A DNA stretch of 64,000 nucleotides. Origin: an uncultured Christensenella sp. (GTDB lineage Bacteria; Bacillota; Clostridia; Christensenellales; UBA1242). A model generated the notes under the pieces. It saw only the letters and a list, made by a program, of their open reading frames with translations. It was not told the origin of the DNA and did not search any database. Positions within the stretch are counted from its first letter, which is position 1, and each line of letters begins with the position of its first letter. The position numbers and the translations under genes are program-made. Where the stretch lies: positions 111,758 through 175,757 of the forward strand of contig CASGDZ010000002.1 in NCBI GenBank assembly GCA_949300385.1, given 5' to 3'. Below, piece by piece: positions 1 through 15,000 of the stretch.

Positions 1-3000
1 AGTGAAATATTTGTTAAAGTAGCCTTTACAGGAACTGCACTCGATGCCAGCACAATATCATTAAATCTGCCTGATTCAAGCCCTATAAAATTTGGCAATG
101 GGTTATCTAGCATAAATTTATCAGACACAGCAAATGTTAGGTTAATACAGACTTCGTCAAAGTATAATGTTTATGCAGTCAAATTTGCTAGTTGTAATCA
201 ACAACTTAATTCTGTTCGACTAGACATTTTGGCCGGTGAAGGCGCGGTAGGCGTAAGCACTTATGTTTATGTCAACAGTGTATTTTTAGCAGACGAAAAT
301 AGCATTGAAATATATACTGATGACGAAAATGCTAATGATTTCTCACAAAATGGCGAGTTGATGTTCGCGATAATTAGAGGTACAAGCAATAGCTTCCGCG
401 TTTTTGCAGATGTAAAAAATAACTACATTGGCGACGTTAATCCAATTCAAACGATTGAAAGAGTAGACAACAATAATACAAATAAAATTCAATTTACTCG
501 TATGTCAAATAGTGAATTTATTATTACGGGAATTTCTAACACTAACTATGCAGTTGAACTCACTTTAAAGATACATTATTTTACTAACGACAATGTAAAA
601 GTCGAATTAAAAAGCACAGAAAAGTCAATTTTGTTTGCAGTTTATGACACAATCGATAGCATATCCGCTACAAAAGAGAATAAGGATATTACATATATAA
701 ATTCAAAATATGAAGAAGCCTCTCAAATTGAAATCAATTTTAACGCTTTAACAAGCAATTCTAGCATAGTATCTGATAGTGTAATATTTACTGATGATAT
801 TAAATACGATAACGCAAATCAGATAAAAATTAGTTTATCAGACCCTAGTTTAAGAGAATTTGTTCAATTGTCCATTAAAACGACCGAAAGTGAGCAAATT
901 ATTCAATCAGGAGAAGTGCTTTCGCTTAATTCTGAAAACATCTTCCGTGGTACAATAATCGTTAGATTAACTCAGAATATAGCGATTGATTCTGTTTCTG
1001 TTGTATTCAGCGCTTTGCGATTTGGCGTTGAGTCCGGTATTAATAGATATGTAACTATTAATATAGCGGACTATGAATATGCTGATAACATAGTAGTTTC
1101 AGGTAATGAAATAGTCGAAGAAGGCTTGAACAACTATTGGATATATATGTCTTTCTTGTCAGTGGAAGACGGTGGACAGGATATTGCGAAATTTAATGCG
1201 CGTGCAGAATATGCAAATAATATTTCAAGTAGTTTAAGATTTGATGATTTGACATATAGACTATATCGTGTAAGCACTAGTTTGACAGGTGAAAAAACAG
1301 AAGAATTAGTTGTTGGCGGTGGTGTTAGCGTAACTATTGTTGATGGTGTTGTCACTATTACAGCAGAAAAATATTATGGTGGCGGAATATATCGTTTAGA
1401 ATTGGCAACCTTAGACTCGTACGACGATATTTTGGGCGATTATAAAACTACATTTAGCCTAAATCTTCGCATAAGTGATGGTGATATATATGCGTATACT
1501 ATATCTAATGCGGAAGATTTGAAAAATATTGCGAACGATATGGGCGCAAACTATGAATTAATACAAAGTTTTAGTATATCAGATTTTACACCAATAGGTG
1601 GAACGGACGGCTCAAATGTAGTCAATGCGTTTACAGGTAGTCTAAAAGGTGTAAATTCAAGCGTATCAACCGCAAAAAATTCAATAACTGTGGAAATTTC
1701 AAAAACGATTGAAGACGATACAAATACATATGCGGGCTTGTTTGCAATTCTAGGCAATGGTGCAGTAATTTCTGATTTAGATATTTATGTAAAATTTAAT
1801 ACATCAAGCTTGACCGCTAATAGCACTTTAAATATAGGTGCGGTTGCGGGGTTAAATAATGGCGCGACTATTACAAATGTCAATGTTAGTTATTTGCATG
1901 ACTATAGCGGAATCGATTTAACTAAGGTTTCATCAAGCATTAATTTTGGTTTAGTTGTAGGAACTAATAATGCAATAATAGATTTAAATGGTTGTAGCGT
2001 AATATTTGATGCAACGATATTAACAAAATCAAATACAAATATAGGTGCTATTGCGGGCATTAACACAGGTTCAATAGGTGGTACAAGTGGAGATGTCGAT
2101 TTAACAAGTGTAAGTTATTCTATTGAAGTTAATTTAGTTGTAAAGAATAGCGCACAAAATTCTCAGATTAATCTTGGCGGTGTAGTTGGTTATGCTTATG
2201 GCGGAAATGTAAGTACAATATCTAATATAGTTGTAGGTGGTATAATCAAACTTGTAAATGACGGCACAAATGTTAATGCAAACGGTAATGTCGGCGGTTT
2301 TGTAGGACGAGTTGGAGACGGAACAAGCAATAATGGCGCTAAGATTAGTTCATGTTATGCGCTCGGTCTTGATGTTATTAATGGTGCGAGTGGTAATGTT
2401 GCAGGTATTGTAGCAAATGCAAATGGCGTCGAAGTCACAAATACAAAATTCATGTCAGCGAATGTGGAATTTAATGCTATTACTAATTCTAATGGAAATA
2501 CTATAACGGATGGATTTGAATCAAAAGGTCAAATTACGGGGCAAAATAATGTCGCAGGTATTATAGCAACTTCTACAGAAAGCAATATTACAAATTCAAG
2601 TGTAGAGAATTTTATTACAGGAGACTTTTATACAATTGATAATACAGGCGTTTTAAATAATAATACAGGTGCGATTATAGCGGAAGGAAACGCTATCATA
2701 AATAAAAGTTTTGTAAACGCTAATATTAAATCTAGCGGTGAAATACTTTTAGTAACAACAGGTGCAAAGAATTCGTATTTTGTTGGAAAAGTTGATAACT
2801 TAGATACAACAAAATTAATATCAGTACAAGATGATACTTGCTATGCAGTAGTTTATACTGATGATTTAATATATTATTATAATTATGAAGGCAGTTGGAC
2901 AGAGATCGCAGACTATGATAATTGGTCTAGTTCGACACTTTTAAATATCGAATATACTTCAAGTTCTGATTGGAAGATAAATAATGAATACAATTTAATA

Positions 3001-6000
3001 AAAATAAATGTGCTAGAAGGTGAAATTACTAACACATATACTTATTATTTACCTTATTTGGTTCAAGATGGCGAACCTATTATGGTTATTGCACCTACAA
3101 GTATAAGCGCTGAGATAGATAGTGATTACATAATATCTATTGACTCAATCTATGAAGATAATTATACATTTAGCGAAAATGAGATCACATCAGTCGCAAT
3201 AATTAACTATCATAATGATATAAATAATCAATCAAATAACATTGAATATAATACATATGACATTAAAGATTTGATTAATTTAGCAATAGTTCCAGAAGAC
3301 GCTTTAGGTGGGGTTAGATATTCTATAATATCAGGCTCGTCTTACGCTTATATCAATTCTAATGATCAGATTGTGTTTACAGGTGTAAGCGGAACAAATA
3401 GAATAATAGTTCGTTGCTACTCTGTATTTAATAGCGAGATAGAAGAATATGTTGTATTCTATACGCAAATAGGACTTAGCAATTTGATAATAGATTCAAG
3501 TGAAATCTATTTAGAGAGCGAAGATACATATAGTATCACAACATATACGGGTGCTAATGATAAACAAATAACAATTGATGCTGAAAATATATTTGGTGGG
3601 CAACTTGGTCTTACTGATAGAATGTTTGAAAATATATTTGACACTAATTTATCAGAATATTTAAAAATAGAGACTAGCCCAAAAGATTCAAAAATAAAAA
3701 TTGTTGCAACAGGCAATGCGATAGGCGAATATTTAATTAATGTTAAAGATTTAACTTTTGATGGCGACACTTATAGCGAAACAATTACATTTACATTATA
3801 TTTCAATGCTAAGAGTTATTATGGCGATAGTTTCTTAAATGAAAGAATAGAATTAGCAACAGTAAATTTAATTGTAAATGTTAAAAAATCTGCTGACTAT
3901 ATAGTTATGAATAATGGTCAGCAAGTGATATCTACATCATCAACTGCAAACTTTAGTGCAGATTTGTATACAGGTTATACTTCTTCTAGTACAGAATCAA
4001 ATTATGTAAGTTTCAATAAAAATTACAACCTAAATAGGATTGAATTAAATGAATCAGATAAGGATAGTATAAACTTATCCGTATCATACAATAGCGAAGA
4101 TGAAAATAAAGTTATAACACTTTTAAATCAGGCTAATGTAGATAGTATATTAGATTTGTTTAACTATAATTTCTCATACACTGCATTGCGTGAACAAAGT
4201 TCTATTATAGGATATAAATATAATATAAATGTTAGTTTAAAAGAAGGATTTAATTATAGGTATATTACTGAACCTATTGAATTTATATTTACTGTAAGTT
4301 CAAAGACGGACGATCAAGTTAGCGGAGTCGCTAATATAACATATGAACCTACTCAAGTTTCAACAATTCGTTTAGAGAACTATTCGGCATCAAATGTAAC
4401 ATCAACAGGTGGTTATACAAATTTAGTTAGTAGCGGTACAACATCTTCATACATAATTACTCCAGGCGGATATGGCGGACTTATGACCATATATTTGGAA
4501 CCAAATTACTCAAATGTTTTATCAGCGACATTGACTAGTGGAACACTTTATGTTCCTAGTTTGAATAAAAATGTATCATTGCGTTTTGAGCAATTGATTT
4601 ACAATGCAAAAGCAAATGTCTATCAATCTATGTATCCAGCAAATAGTTCGACAACGGGTGCTTTAGATTTACGGTTAGCGTCAATCTATGACGGAGAAGA
4701 ATATGAATATACAGGAATAATTTATGTACGAGTTTTCCTTGAACATTTTTCTGGTACAGAAGGTAGCATAAGCGTAAACTTAGATGTTAGAACAAGTGGA
4801 AATGTGGAAAAGTCAATTTCAAAAACTTTCTTAACACAATATCTTCCAGGCGCAAGTCTAAGTTTTAACGGAATATCAGTTGGTAATAATGAATACTTAA
4901 TACAAGAAAATTCGTATGACAATGTAGTTGAATTAAATATTTATGGATATCAATTTAATTCACAACCATCTATCGGACTTGAATGGGTATTGCCTAATAG
5001 CGAAAGAGGTTTGGGTACTAGTTTGACTATTGATAATAAAAAATATAACATTTATGATTATGTAAATTATAGTATAGGTCAAGTAATTTCAAATATTGAT
5101 GGTTCGTATACGATGCGTGTGACTTTGTCTGTACGAGCAAATATTCCTGCTTCATTTAAATTGACGGCAAGGATGACTTTGACTACGGATACTGGCCTTA
5201 TTTCTAGCAGTGAGGAAGCATTAGTCTTCCACCCAACCGACTATATTGTGGATAATACTCAAACTACATTAGAGCGTATTAACAACGGCATAATGCAGAT
5301 GACAATTAATCAAAATCGTACATTAGAATTCGTATTTGAAACCGAATCAACTAATTATGATTATAGTGAAAATATTTATGATGTATTAGTTACAGATATA
5401 GGTGTTGAAAATCTAGCAAGTTTATTCAGTTATCAATTAAATGGCAATACATATAAACTTTCAGATGAAAATAGTGCATTCACAATCTCATATGTTGAAG
5501 TCAATGGCTCTGAGTTTAAGCGAATTGCAATAAATGGTCTTGCTACATTAGATGTAAATGTTAATTTCTCAATTAATTATGAATTTAATATAGATGAAAA
5601 TAGCGGTAGATATAAATTGCATTTCACAACGGGTGCAGGTGCGTATAGAATGTCGTTTACATTTAGATTGCAAATCTTGCCAGGTACAACCACAGAACAT
5701 GCTACTCCTATCTATTCAGCAGACGATATTTTCGATCCAAATGCAAACGAATGTTTGTTAAACGAAGGCGAAGATTATATCTTAATGAATGATATAACGC
5801 TAGAAAATCTAGTACCTATTGAAGTAAATATTGGTAGTCTTGATGGTAATAATAAGATAATCACAATTGCTTCGTTTGCTTCTGCGCTCGAAAGTGAAGA
5901 GGCGGTTGAGTATGGCTTATTTGCAAATATCGGCACATACACTCTTGCAGGAGAAGAATATCAAACAATACTAAAAAATGTTGTAGTAGATTATGGCTCA

Positions 6001-9000
6001 CTAAACTCTGATATCTCGTTTGTAAATAGCAATGCTACAGAGATATATTTTGGTGGACTTGTTGGAAGAAACAACGGCGGAATAATATACAACTGCGATG
6101 TTATGAACTTTAGCGCTAACAGTAAAGATGTCACATTGTTAATAAACAATTCGAGCGATGTAGATGTATACTTTGGTGGACTTGTAGGCGAGAACAGCGG
6201 AGTTATCACTAATTCACGCGTTGGGCGTTCTACATTTACACGAGTATATGTATCTTCTAGTGGTAATGAGAGCGTAAATTATAATTATGGACCGATTAGG
6301 CCGATTAATTTCTACATAGGAGATCCAAGTGTTAATGGACAAGGGTTTGTAGCGGTTGTCGGCGGATTTGTTGGCTCAAATAATGGAAAGATATCAAGTT
6401 CATATGTTGCAAATACAAGTATTATAAGTAGTTCGACAGCGCCAAATGAAAGTATGACGGCAGGTTTTGTTGGTGAAAATAATTCGGGCGCTAGCATAAT
6501 GTATTCGTATGTTAAGGCATTAGAGAGCACTGTTACATCAACAAATCCATATTCTACTGGCACGTATATAGAGAATTTAACTAATGGTACTGTAGCAGGT
6601 TTTGTAAACTACAATGCTGGTACGATTTCAAATTCGTACGCAAACACTGAATTAAGGTCTAAATCAAATGTGTTGTCAGGATTTGTGTATAATAATGCAT
6701 CTAGCGGTATTATAACTGAATCATATTCAGCATGTACTTATAATGGCAAACTTATTGGCGCAAATACAACAGCAGAACAACCATTTGTCGGCCGAAGCAA
6801 TGCGGAATTATTATCATATGGTATTATTGAAAATTGCTACTACATAATATCGGACGGAACAGTTATTGATACAAGCAAAATACCTAGTCCAGAAGATAAA
6901 GATCAAGCAGTTGCTATTAGTGAAACAAACTTTCAGGATCCTAATTTCTTAAATAACTTTGTATTTGTATTATCCAATTCTTTAACTAGTAGAAATTTAG
7001 GTGTTTGGTCGTACTATACAACAAATTCTAGTTATAGAATTTTACCAGAATTAATGACAGCGAATACGATTGCTACATCGTATAGGTATTTAGTTGGCGT
7101 AGGTGAAGAAGGTAACAATTATGATTATGCATATTCATTCTATTTAGGAAGCGCGAACAATCCATATACAATACAAGATGTACAAGAGTTCAATAGCATA
7201 ATGACAGGGGAAGGTTCAACTTCTATTTATGGATATTTTAGACTTATAAATGACTTATACTTCGATACAACAGCAGTAAGTACTCGTTTGAATTTTACAT
7301 TAGGTGATAGTTCAAATAAATATATCACTAGTTTCGAAGGGAACGGCATGACGATTAGCGGAATATACCTTGACGCTGAAGAGAATGTCGGCTCATCTAT
7401 TGGACTATTTGCGAATATCGAAAACGCTTATGTTAAAAATGTAAATCTAGAGTTTGCGAGCGAATTTAGTTCAGCAAATATCACATATGCGGGCGGATTG
7501 TCTGGAAAGATTAATAATAGTGTTATCATAAATATCAATTTGTCTGGCAATGCAACAACCATTAATGGTACAAGTTTTGCAGGTGGACTTGCCGGAATAA
7601 TTACTGGCAATAGTTTAATCTATGGCATTAATTCAAATTTGAATGCGGTTGCAAACAATGAGACAGGCGATTTCTATACAGGCACAGCATACTCTAATAT
7701 GTCATTTGCTGGTGGAATAGCAGGTCTTATTGACATCACTCCACGCGAGAATGAAGAATATAATCTTTCATACATTGAAATAAATGGTAGAGAGATGAGC
7801 ATTGGTGCAAATTATAATGCAAACATTCAAGCATATTATGCGGGTGGTGTTGCAGGTTATGCAGGAAGTGGAGTCAATGCGTTCAAAATAAAATTCACAA
7901 CTGGGAATTCAAATCGCATACGCGGTCAAGAGGCAGTTGGTGGATTATTTGGTGCTTTCTTAGGTAATTTAACCGCTTCTCAGGTGACTGCCGAAGAAGA
8001 TGAACAATATAATTACGACACAACGCTTGGACAATATGTCATGTCTATCGGATCAGAATCAAGCGATTTGGATACAACTCAGGCAGGAAATCTCAACCTA
8101 TTAGAAGGATATAATTATGCTGGAGGTTTAGTAGGTGTTGGATTAAATTCTTTAATAAGATCAAGTTACGCTAAAGTTGGGGTATATTCAGGTAGAAGCG
8201 TAGGAGGATTAATAGGTTTAGCAATATCTCCTAATATCCAATATTCATATGCTGTTCCTTATATCAATTTGGACAACATTTCATACTTTGAGAATGTTGG
8301 TGGAATGCTCGGGGAAACATATGAAAAAGGATATTATTCAGATAATATTTCTGGTTATGTTGGTGCGTTTAATTCAATAGCAGGTTCAAACGATTATTCG
8401 AAGTTAAGTTTTGCCTTTGCAACCTTGATAGTAGATAACGATAAATTAGTTGAAAATGCTGATAAAATTGTAAGTGATAAATATCTAAAATACTTTGATT
8501 ATATAGCAGGTTATTATGGTCAAGATTTAGGTAATTCTAATGGATATTTACATGGAACGGGTGGCGGAACTCCATTAATTTCTGTCTATGCAGGTAAAAT
8601 AAATTATTCAGAAAAAGCAATTGGCGACAACAATATAAATTTAGTTCAAAATTCTACCGAATCACGCGCAAATAATATAGAATTAAATGCGCTATACAAC
8701 ACAGAGAATGCAAGTAATCAAGCAGAGACTTTCCAACGCGTATTCTCTTCATGGTCTACAGAAGAATATTGGACACTAGATAGTAGTAGATACTTCCCAT
8801 TGTTGCTTAATAGGAACTCAACGGGTTATTACGAAATAAGTAATGATAATTTAGAAGAAGCAATTAATGTAATTATCAATAATCCTGATGGAAATTACAA
8901 GATTGTTGAAGATCTAGACTTTTCAACTATTTCTATTTCAGGCAACTTCATAATAGAGATAGGCGGGGACGGATTTACTGGCGTACTTATAGGTCAAAAA

Positions 9001-12000
9001 GATGATGGCTCAACTCCAACAATTTCTAACTTAACAGTTAACGCAACTAAAGACGGAGATACAGGTTTCTTCAATAGAACTACAGGTGCAAGAATTAGCA
9101 ATATTAATTTTGAATGGTCAAGTATTAACTTAAATGGAAAAACTATTGATTATGTTGGCGGAGTAAGTTGTAAAGATGTTGGATCACAATTTAATGGCTT
9201 AAATGTAAGCATGATAAATAATCCAAATTCAACTTATGCAATGAATATAATTTCGTCAGAAATATCGGCTATCAATCCGCCTAAAATTTCAGGATTTGGC
9301 GGTATAGTTGGATCAGGTACTAATAGCAATATTATATCTTGCTCATTTGTAGGAAACATAAGTGCAAATTTATCTGTAACGGAAAATAATAATGTAATTA
9401 ATGTTGGTGCAATTATCGGTAGAGCGGTCGCAGATAACACTCTTAAAACAGAAACATTAGGCATGATTGTCACTGACTCAAATGTAGGAAAAGATGGTGT
9501 AAATACAACATTTAATTTCTATAACTTAGGGTCATCAAATAGTTCAAATGTAAATATTGGCGGAGCGGTCGGTTATGCTGATAAAGCCGCGATTAGTGGG
9601 GTAAGTGTCGGCAGTTATAGTTATGCCGAAACTCCATATGTGGATATATCATTAGATCTGAACAATAATGACAACATATATTTAGGTGGACTTGTTGGAT
9701 ATAGCAACGAAACCCAAATGACATCGATTAACTCTTTGACGAATATATCTGTGACAGGCGGGGAAACAGCAAGCGGAACGACTACCGCAAGTGTAAATGT
9801 AGGTGGATTTGCTGGATTCATAAGTACAAATTCGACCACATCTGCATTCAGAAATAATGCTACCAAATCTAATATTGTTGTTGGCGAAGAAACTGCAAAT
9901 CATATCACAAATCTAAGATTGTCAACTGGTATTGCTTATGCAAGTTCAACTTCTACAAGCGATAAGATTAAGATAGAGCAATCGCTTTTCACAGGTAAAA
10001 TTGTTGCTACAAATGACTCGTCGATTGATGAAAAGAAAGTAAATGCAACAAATATTTGGGCAGGTGGCGCAGTCGCTTATGTAGACTTAAAGAATAGATA
10101 TACTTTAGTTCTCAGCGAAGTTATGAGCACAACTGACATATTTGTCGGCTCTGATGATGCAGACAATGGTACTAAACAACTATATGTCGGTGGACTTATT
10201 GGCGCAGGCGGATTAAACAATGAAACCCTTTCTGCTCCTATTATTGAATTAATAAATTGTGGTTCGACAGGTAGAATCGTTGCTATAAGTTCAAGTGGAA
10301 GTTCAACGGACAATATTCATATATATGTCGGCGGACTCGTTGCTTTGTCTTCAAATTTGACAATAAATTATTCATATTCAGCAACTTCAATTCTATCAGA
10401 CGGAATAAGCGGAATAAATTATAATCTAGCAAATATTGGTGCTATTGTCGGTGGATTGTTAAAAGATAGTACTATTTCGTCAACTCAAACTTACTATTCT
10501 AGTGATATAGCACTTGCTAGCGAAGATTATGATGGCGAAAGTGACGGATTATACAATTTATCTGCTTACAGATTTATCCTTACTAACGAATGGCATACTG
10601 CGTTTGCTAATGGAAATGTAGGCGTTTGGTATACAAATAGCACTTACATGCCATATCTCACATCACTTTATACTACGCTACAAAATTATGGCATTATGAA
10701 ATCTTCTCAAACTAATCCATATGGTGAGAATGGGACTAATATATTAAATCCTAAAATAATTAATACAAATACTATTACATTAGAAGAAGATTATACATTC
10801 TATTTGTTATCAACTAATATGAATAATAATTTAAAACTAAATACAAATTCAAATTCTACTTTGAATGGAATAATGATAGCGAACGAAACTAACTATATGG
10901 TAGACTTGTTATCAAGCACAGATGTTGGATCGTATAGTTCATTCATTCCTACTATTGCTAATCATTCTGCAATATCAAATTTACATGTTTTATTCACAGC
11001 AAATTCTACGCTAGCATTAACAGGAAGTTCTGAAATACTCGTAGCATCAATGATTGCGGGCAACAATAATGGAATTATATTTAATTCTTCTGTAATTGGA
11101 ACGGGAATTGAATTGAATAGCAATAGTAGTCAAACATATTTTGGCGCAATTGCGGGCGAAAACAATGGCTTAATTTCTCATTCATATTCTACAATAGAAA
11201 TTATTAATACCAATATTACAAATGGTGCAATTTCTGGTATAGTTGTAAATAACTATGGCGCGATGGATTCATGCTATTTTACAGGATATATTAATAATTC
11301 AAATAGCAGTACAAGCAGTACAACTTTAGCGTCAGGATTGATATATTCGGCTCAAGAGAGTGAAACAACTAATGGTTATATCCATAACTCATACATGGGT
11401 GGCGTTATTGAAAGCGTATCTCCAAATGGAAATAGTTTTATTGCGTATTTTGATAATACAAAGAATTATGGCACTAATAACTTTATAGACAATTTATCTA
11501 ATTTTGACAGCAATTATAGTAATAGCATAAAGGGTGTATCGACATTTAATATTATGCGCGCAAAAGATTTGTCTGGTAAATGGGCAAGTGTTATAAATAC
11601 TAAGGAATATAATGATAAACCAACTTATTATATAGATATGACAAGCAAGACATTCGGTTATAATTATGGTTATCCTATCTATGACTTTAATAAAGTTGGT
11701 ACAAGTCAAAATCTTTTAACTTACTATCAACTATATACAGGTAATGGTACAACTAGCGATAATATAGATGAAAGTGCTATATTAAATAATTATGTAAATG
11801 ATGCTGTTAATAGTACAACAGCTAATAACTATTATAGAATACCGCATCTTGGAGTTTTACATTCAATTCAAGGTTTAGCAAACATAATTGATAGTAATAA
11901 TAGTAATGTTACTTATACTAAACTAAATTATGTTTTAATCTATGATATTGACGCTTCAAACTATTCCACATCTAATGTTGCTGTTGGAAGTTATGATAGT

Positions 12001-15000
12001 AATTCAACTTCCAGTTCAGATGATGAAGGCTTTTATGATGGAGCAAATGCACAATTTAACGGAAGATTTATCACGAACAAATATTATGAATTTAATGAGT
12101 ACGAAATTAATTATAATGGCTGTGAACAAGTTTGTACAATAAGCGGATTGACAGGCTCAGGCTTGTTTGACAATATAATATATGCTAAGTTTGAATACAT
12201 AAAATTTGGCAACATGAATTTGACTTCAAGCGGAGCGCTTGGCGTAAATGTTATCAGTAATTCGACGGAAACAAGCGATAGCGAACAAAATAGCGGAATA
12301 TTAGTCGATCATATATGGATTGGAGATAGTGAAAACACAGCGGAATTTACAGGAGAAAATGTCGGCGGATTATTTGGAACAATCAGCGGAAATACAATCG
12401 AAATCAAGAATTTAATTACATATTCTGAATTAGGTTATCAAATAACGATAAAAGCAAATGGCAACAATGGACTTATTGCTAGCACAATGAAAGGCGGGTT
12501 AATAAGTTTAGATGATTGTGAATTAGGTGTAAACTTTGCTGGTGTGACAGTCGATGGTAGCAGTACTAACGGCGGATTAATCGGTCAAATGACCAATGGA
12601 ACTATTAATGGCGAATCAAATGAAATTAGAGTTGCTAACGCCGATTCAGGTGCTCCAAGCGATGTATTAGGCGGAATAGTAGGTAACATAACTTCTGGAG
12701 AAACTAACAAGATTTCAATTTCTAATATAAATGTCTCATTTATAACTGGAAATAATGGTATAAATGCCGTTGCTTTAGGCGGATTTGTTGGTACTATGAC
12801 AAGCGGAACAGCAACTATATCATCATGTAAATTTATTGCTAATAGTGATATTTCGGCAAATTTAATTGATCAAGCGAGATTTGGGATAATCGCTGCTCAA
12901 ATTCAAGGCGGAACATTGTCTCTATCAGGCATTGAAGCAAATGAAGATTTTCAAATTAATATTAACTATAATACTGGCGACAACCAAATGATAAATTATA
13001 GTCAAGCATATGGTATTCTCTTCGGCGAAGTTCAAGGCGGAATTATAAAACCAACTACAGACACAACAGATAATTTATCATTTAATAAGATAACACTTTA
13101 CACTGTAGGTGGCTCAAGTGCTTCTAAAAATGTAGGATCAGTAATAGGCTGGTATACAGGCGGACAGGTTGATATTGTATTTGACGGAACTACGAACTTT
13201 ACAATTTATGGCCATGAAAATGTAGGTGGAGTGATCGGTAATTATACTTATTCTGATTCGGGGTATATAAATGTTGCACAGATCACAACTATTGTTCATG
13301 GAGATTATAATGTAGGCGGATATATTGGAAGTGCTGTAATAAATACAAGTGATACAGGTGAGAATAGTTCAACTAATTTGACTTCACTCGTAGGTAGCGG
13401 TTATAATTATTTACAAAGCAATACTTCATATTCCACAATATATACACTAGGTAGCAATAATTCTACAAATAAGGGCAACATTGGTGGCATATTTGGATAT
13501 TTAAAAGGTGACTTAACACTTAAATCAGAAGATGAAGATAATGTAGAAAGTACAGCAAATAATAATTCGAATGGCACAACAATTAAGAATTTAAATACTA
13601 TTTATATAGCGAATAATAATGTCAAGATCAATGGATTTGATACATATACAAATATAGGTGGAGTTGTAGGTCGACTTGAAGGTAATATAGACGATGCATT
13701 AAATAAAGGCACGATAGCGTATTCAATTTCAAATATAGAAGGATACAAGTCAGGATCAGACTCATTTATAATAGAAGATACATCATTAGGAACAAATGCA
13801 AATAGCGCTACTTATGCGGTGAATGTCGGCGGTATAGTTGGTAAGATCACTAAAACTGGTGATAGTCAAATGACTTTAACTGTGAAAAACATTCAAAATA
13901 TGGCAGATATTGAAGGCTATCAAAATGTCGGCGGACTCATTGGATATGTGAGCGGTATTACTATAACTAATGAGATTGAAGAGAACGAAGATGGTGAAGA
14001 GAGCGGAGATGATACTCAAACACTCGCTACTACAGAAACATCAAGTAGTGGTACTATTTCTGGAGTATTGAATGTTGGTGGCGCGTTTGGTTATGTTGAT
14101 AACGGAGCATCAACAACACAAATTACAGGCATAGCACTCAACGAAGTACATGTCAATGGTAACTCAAATGTCGGCGGATTAATAGGAATGTACAAGGGCG
14201 GATATGTAGGCGAATCTTCCGTCGATAATGTCGAAGTAAAAGGTATTTATTATACGCTCATTAAATCAAATCAAACTGGTTCTGATATATCAACATATTA
14301 TTATAATTACATTCCAACCAGCGTAGGTGGATTTATTGGAACGGCACATAAACTAAATACTGATGTTTCAGGTGCAATATATTCCAACACTTTAACGAGC
14401 GTGACGGTTACAAGCGAAAGCGAAGGAACTTCATATAACACGCAGGCTGATGAAGAAACTTCAAAAGTTATATCAACTGTTCAAAACTATATGCATTCGC
14501 ATTATTTAGTAGCAGACAGTGAAAAGGATGATTATTCCAACATTCTTGAATATAATGAAGAGACAGCAATTGCGGTATTTGACGATATGACTACGGGTTT
14601 TGGCGGATTTATTGGTTCAGCCAACATGGCGGCAACAAGTGGAACTTATCAAGATATCACTTCAACAGGAGTTACAGAGGAAAAAGACATTTCATCAAAT
14701 ACAATTAATAGTATTACTATTAATCCAAGTTTGGGCGTAAATGTAGGTACATACTACGGATACTATTATGACTCGGATACGACAGGAAGCAAAGATGTAG
14801 GACTTCCAACTTTAACATCAGGCGAGACTAGCGTCAATGGCGAGACTAGCGTCAATGGCGAGACCAGTGTCAATGGTGCATATAATATCGGCGGTATTAT
14901 CGGTTGCTATCATTCGACTTCAAATACAGCAAAAAGTTTTGAAGACCTTAGTACTGCAATAAATTCTTTTGAAGGCAAAATATCAGTGCAAAAACAAGGG

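Noticed and set aside
229-231. TTG 229 as the start codon of the giant ORF (as in the ORF track)
   Set aside because: The frame is open from nt 1, no SD precedes 229, and the upstream peptide has the same beta-rich character. The gene is treated as 5'-truncated.
1134-12142. Short ORFs (60-87 aa) antisense to or out of frame within the giant ORF: 1134-1355, 1551-1757, 3507-3770, 4722-4922, 5991-6209, 6312-6563, 7428-7610, 9234-9473, 9621-9903, 10077-10313, 11494-11709, 11942-12142
   Set aside because: They are shadow ORFs inside a strongly supported long CDS. Their Pro/Thr/Ser-rich translations are the complements of the GGN/ACN-rich repeat codons, and none has an SD.
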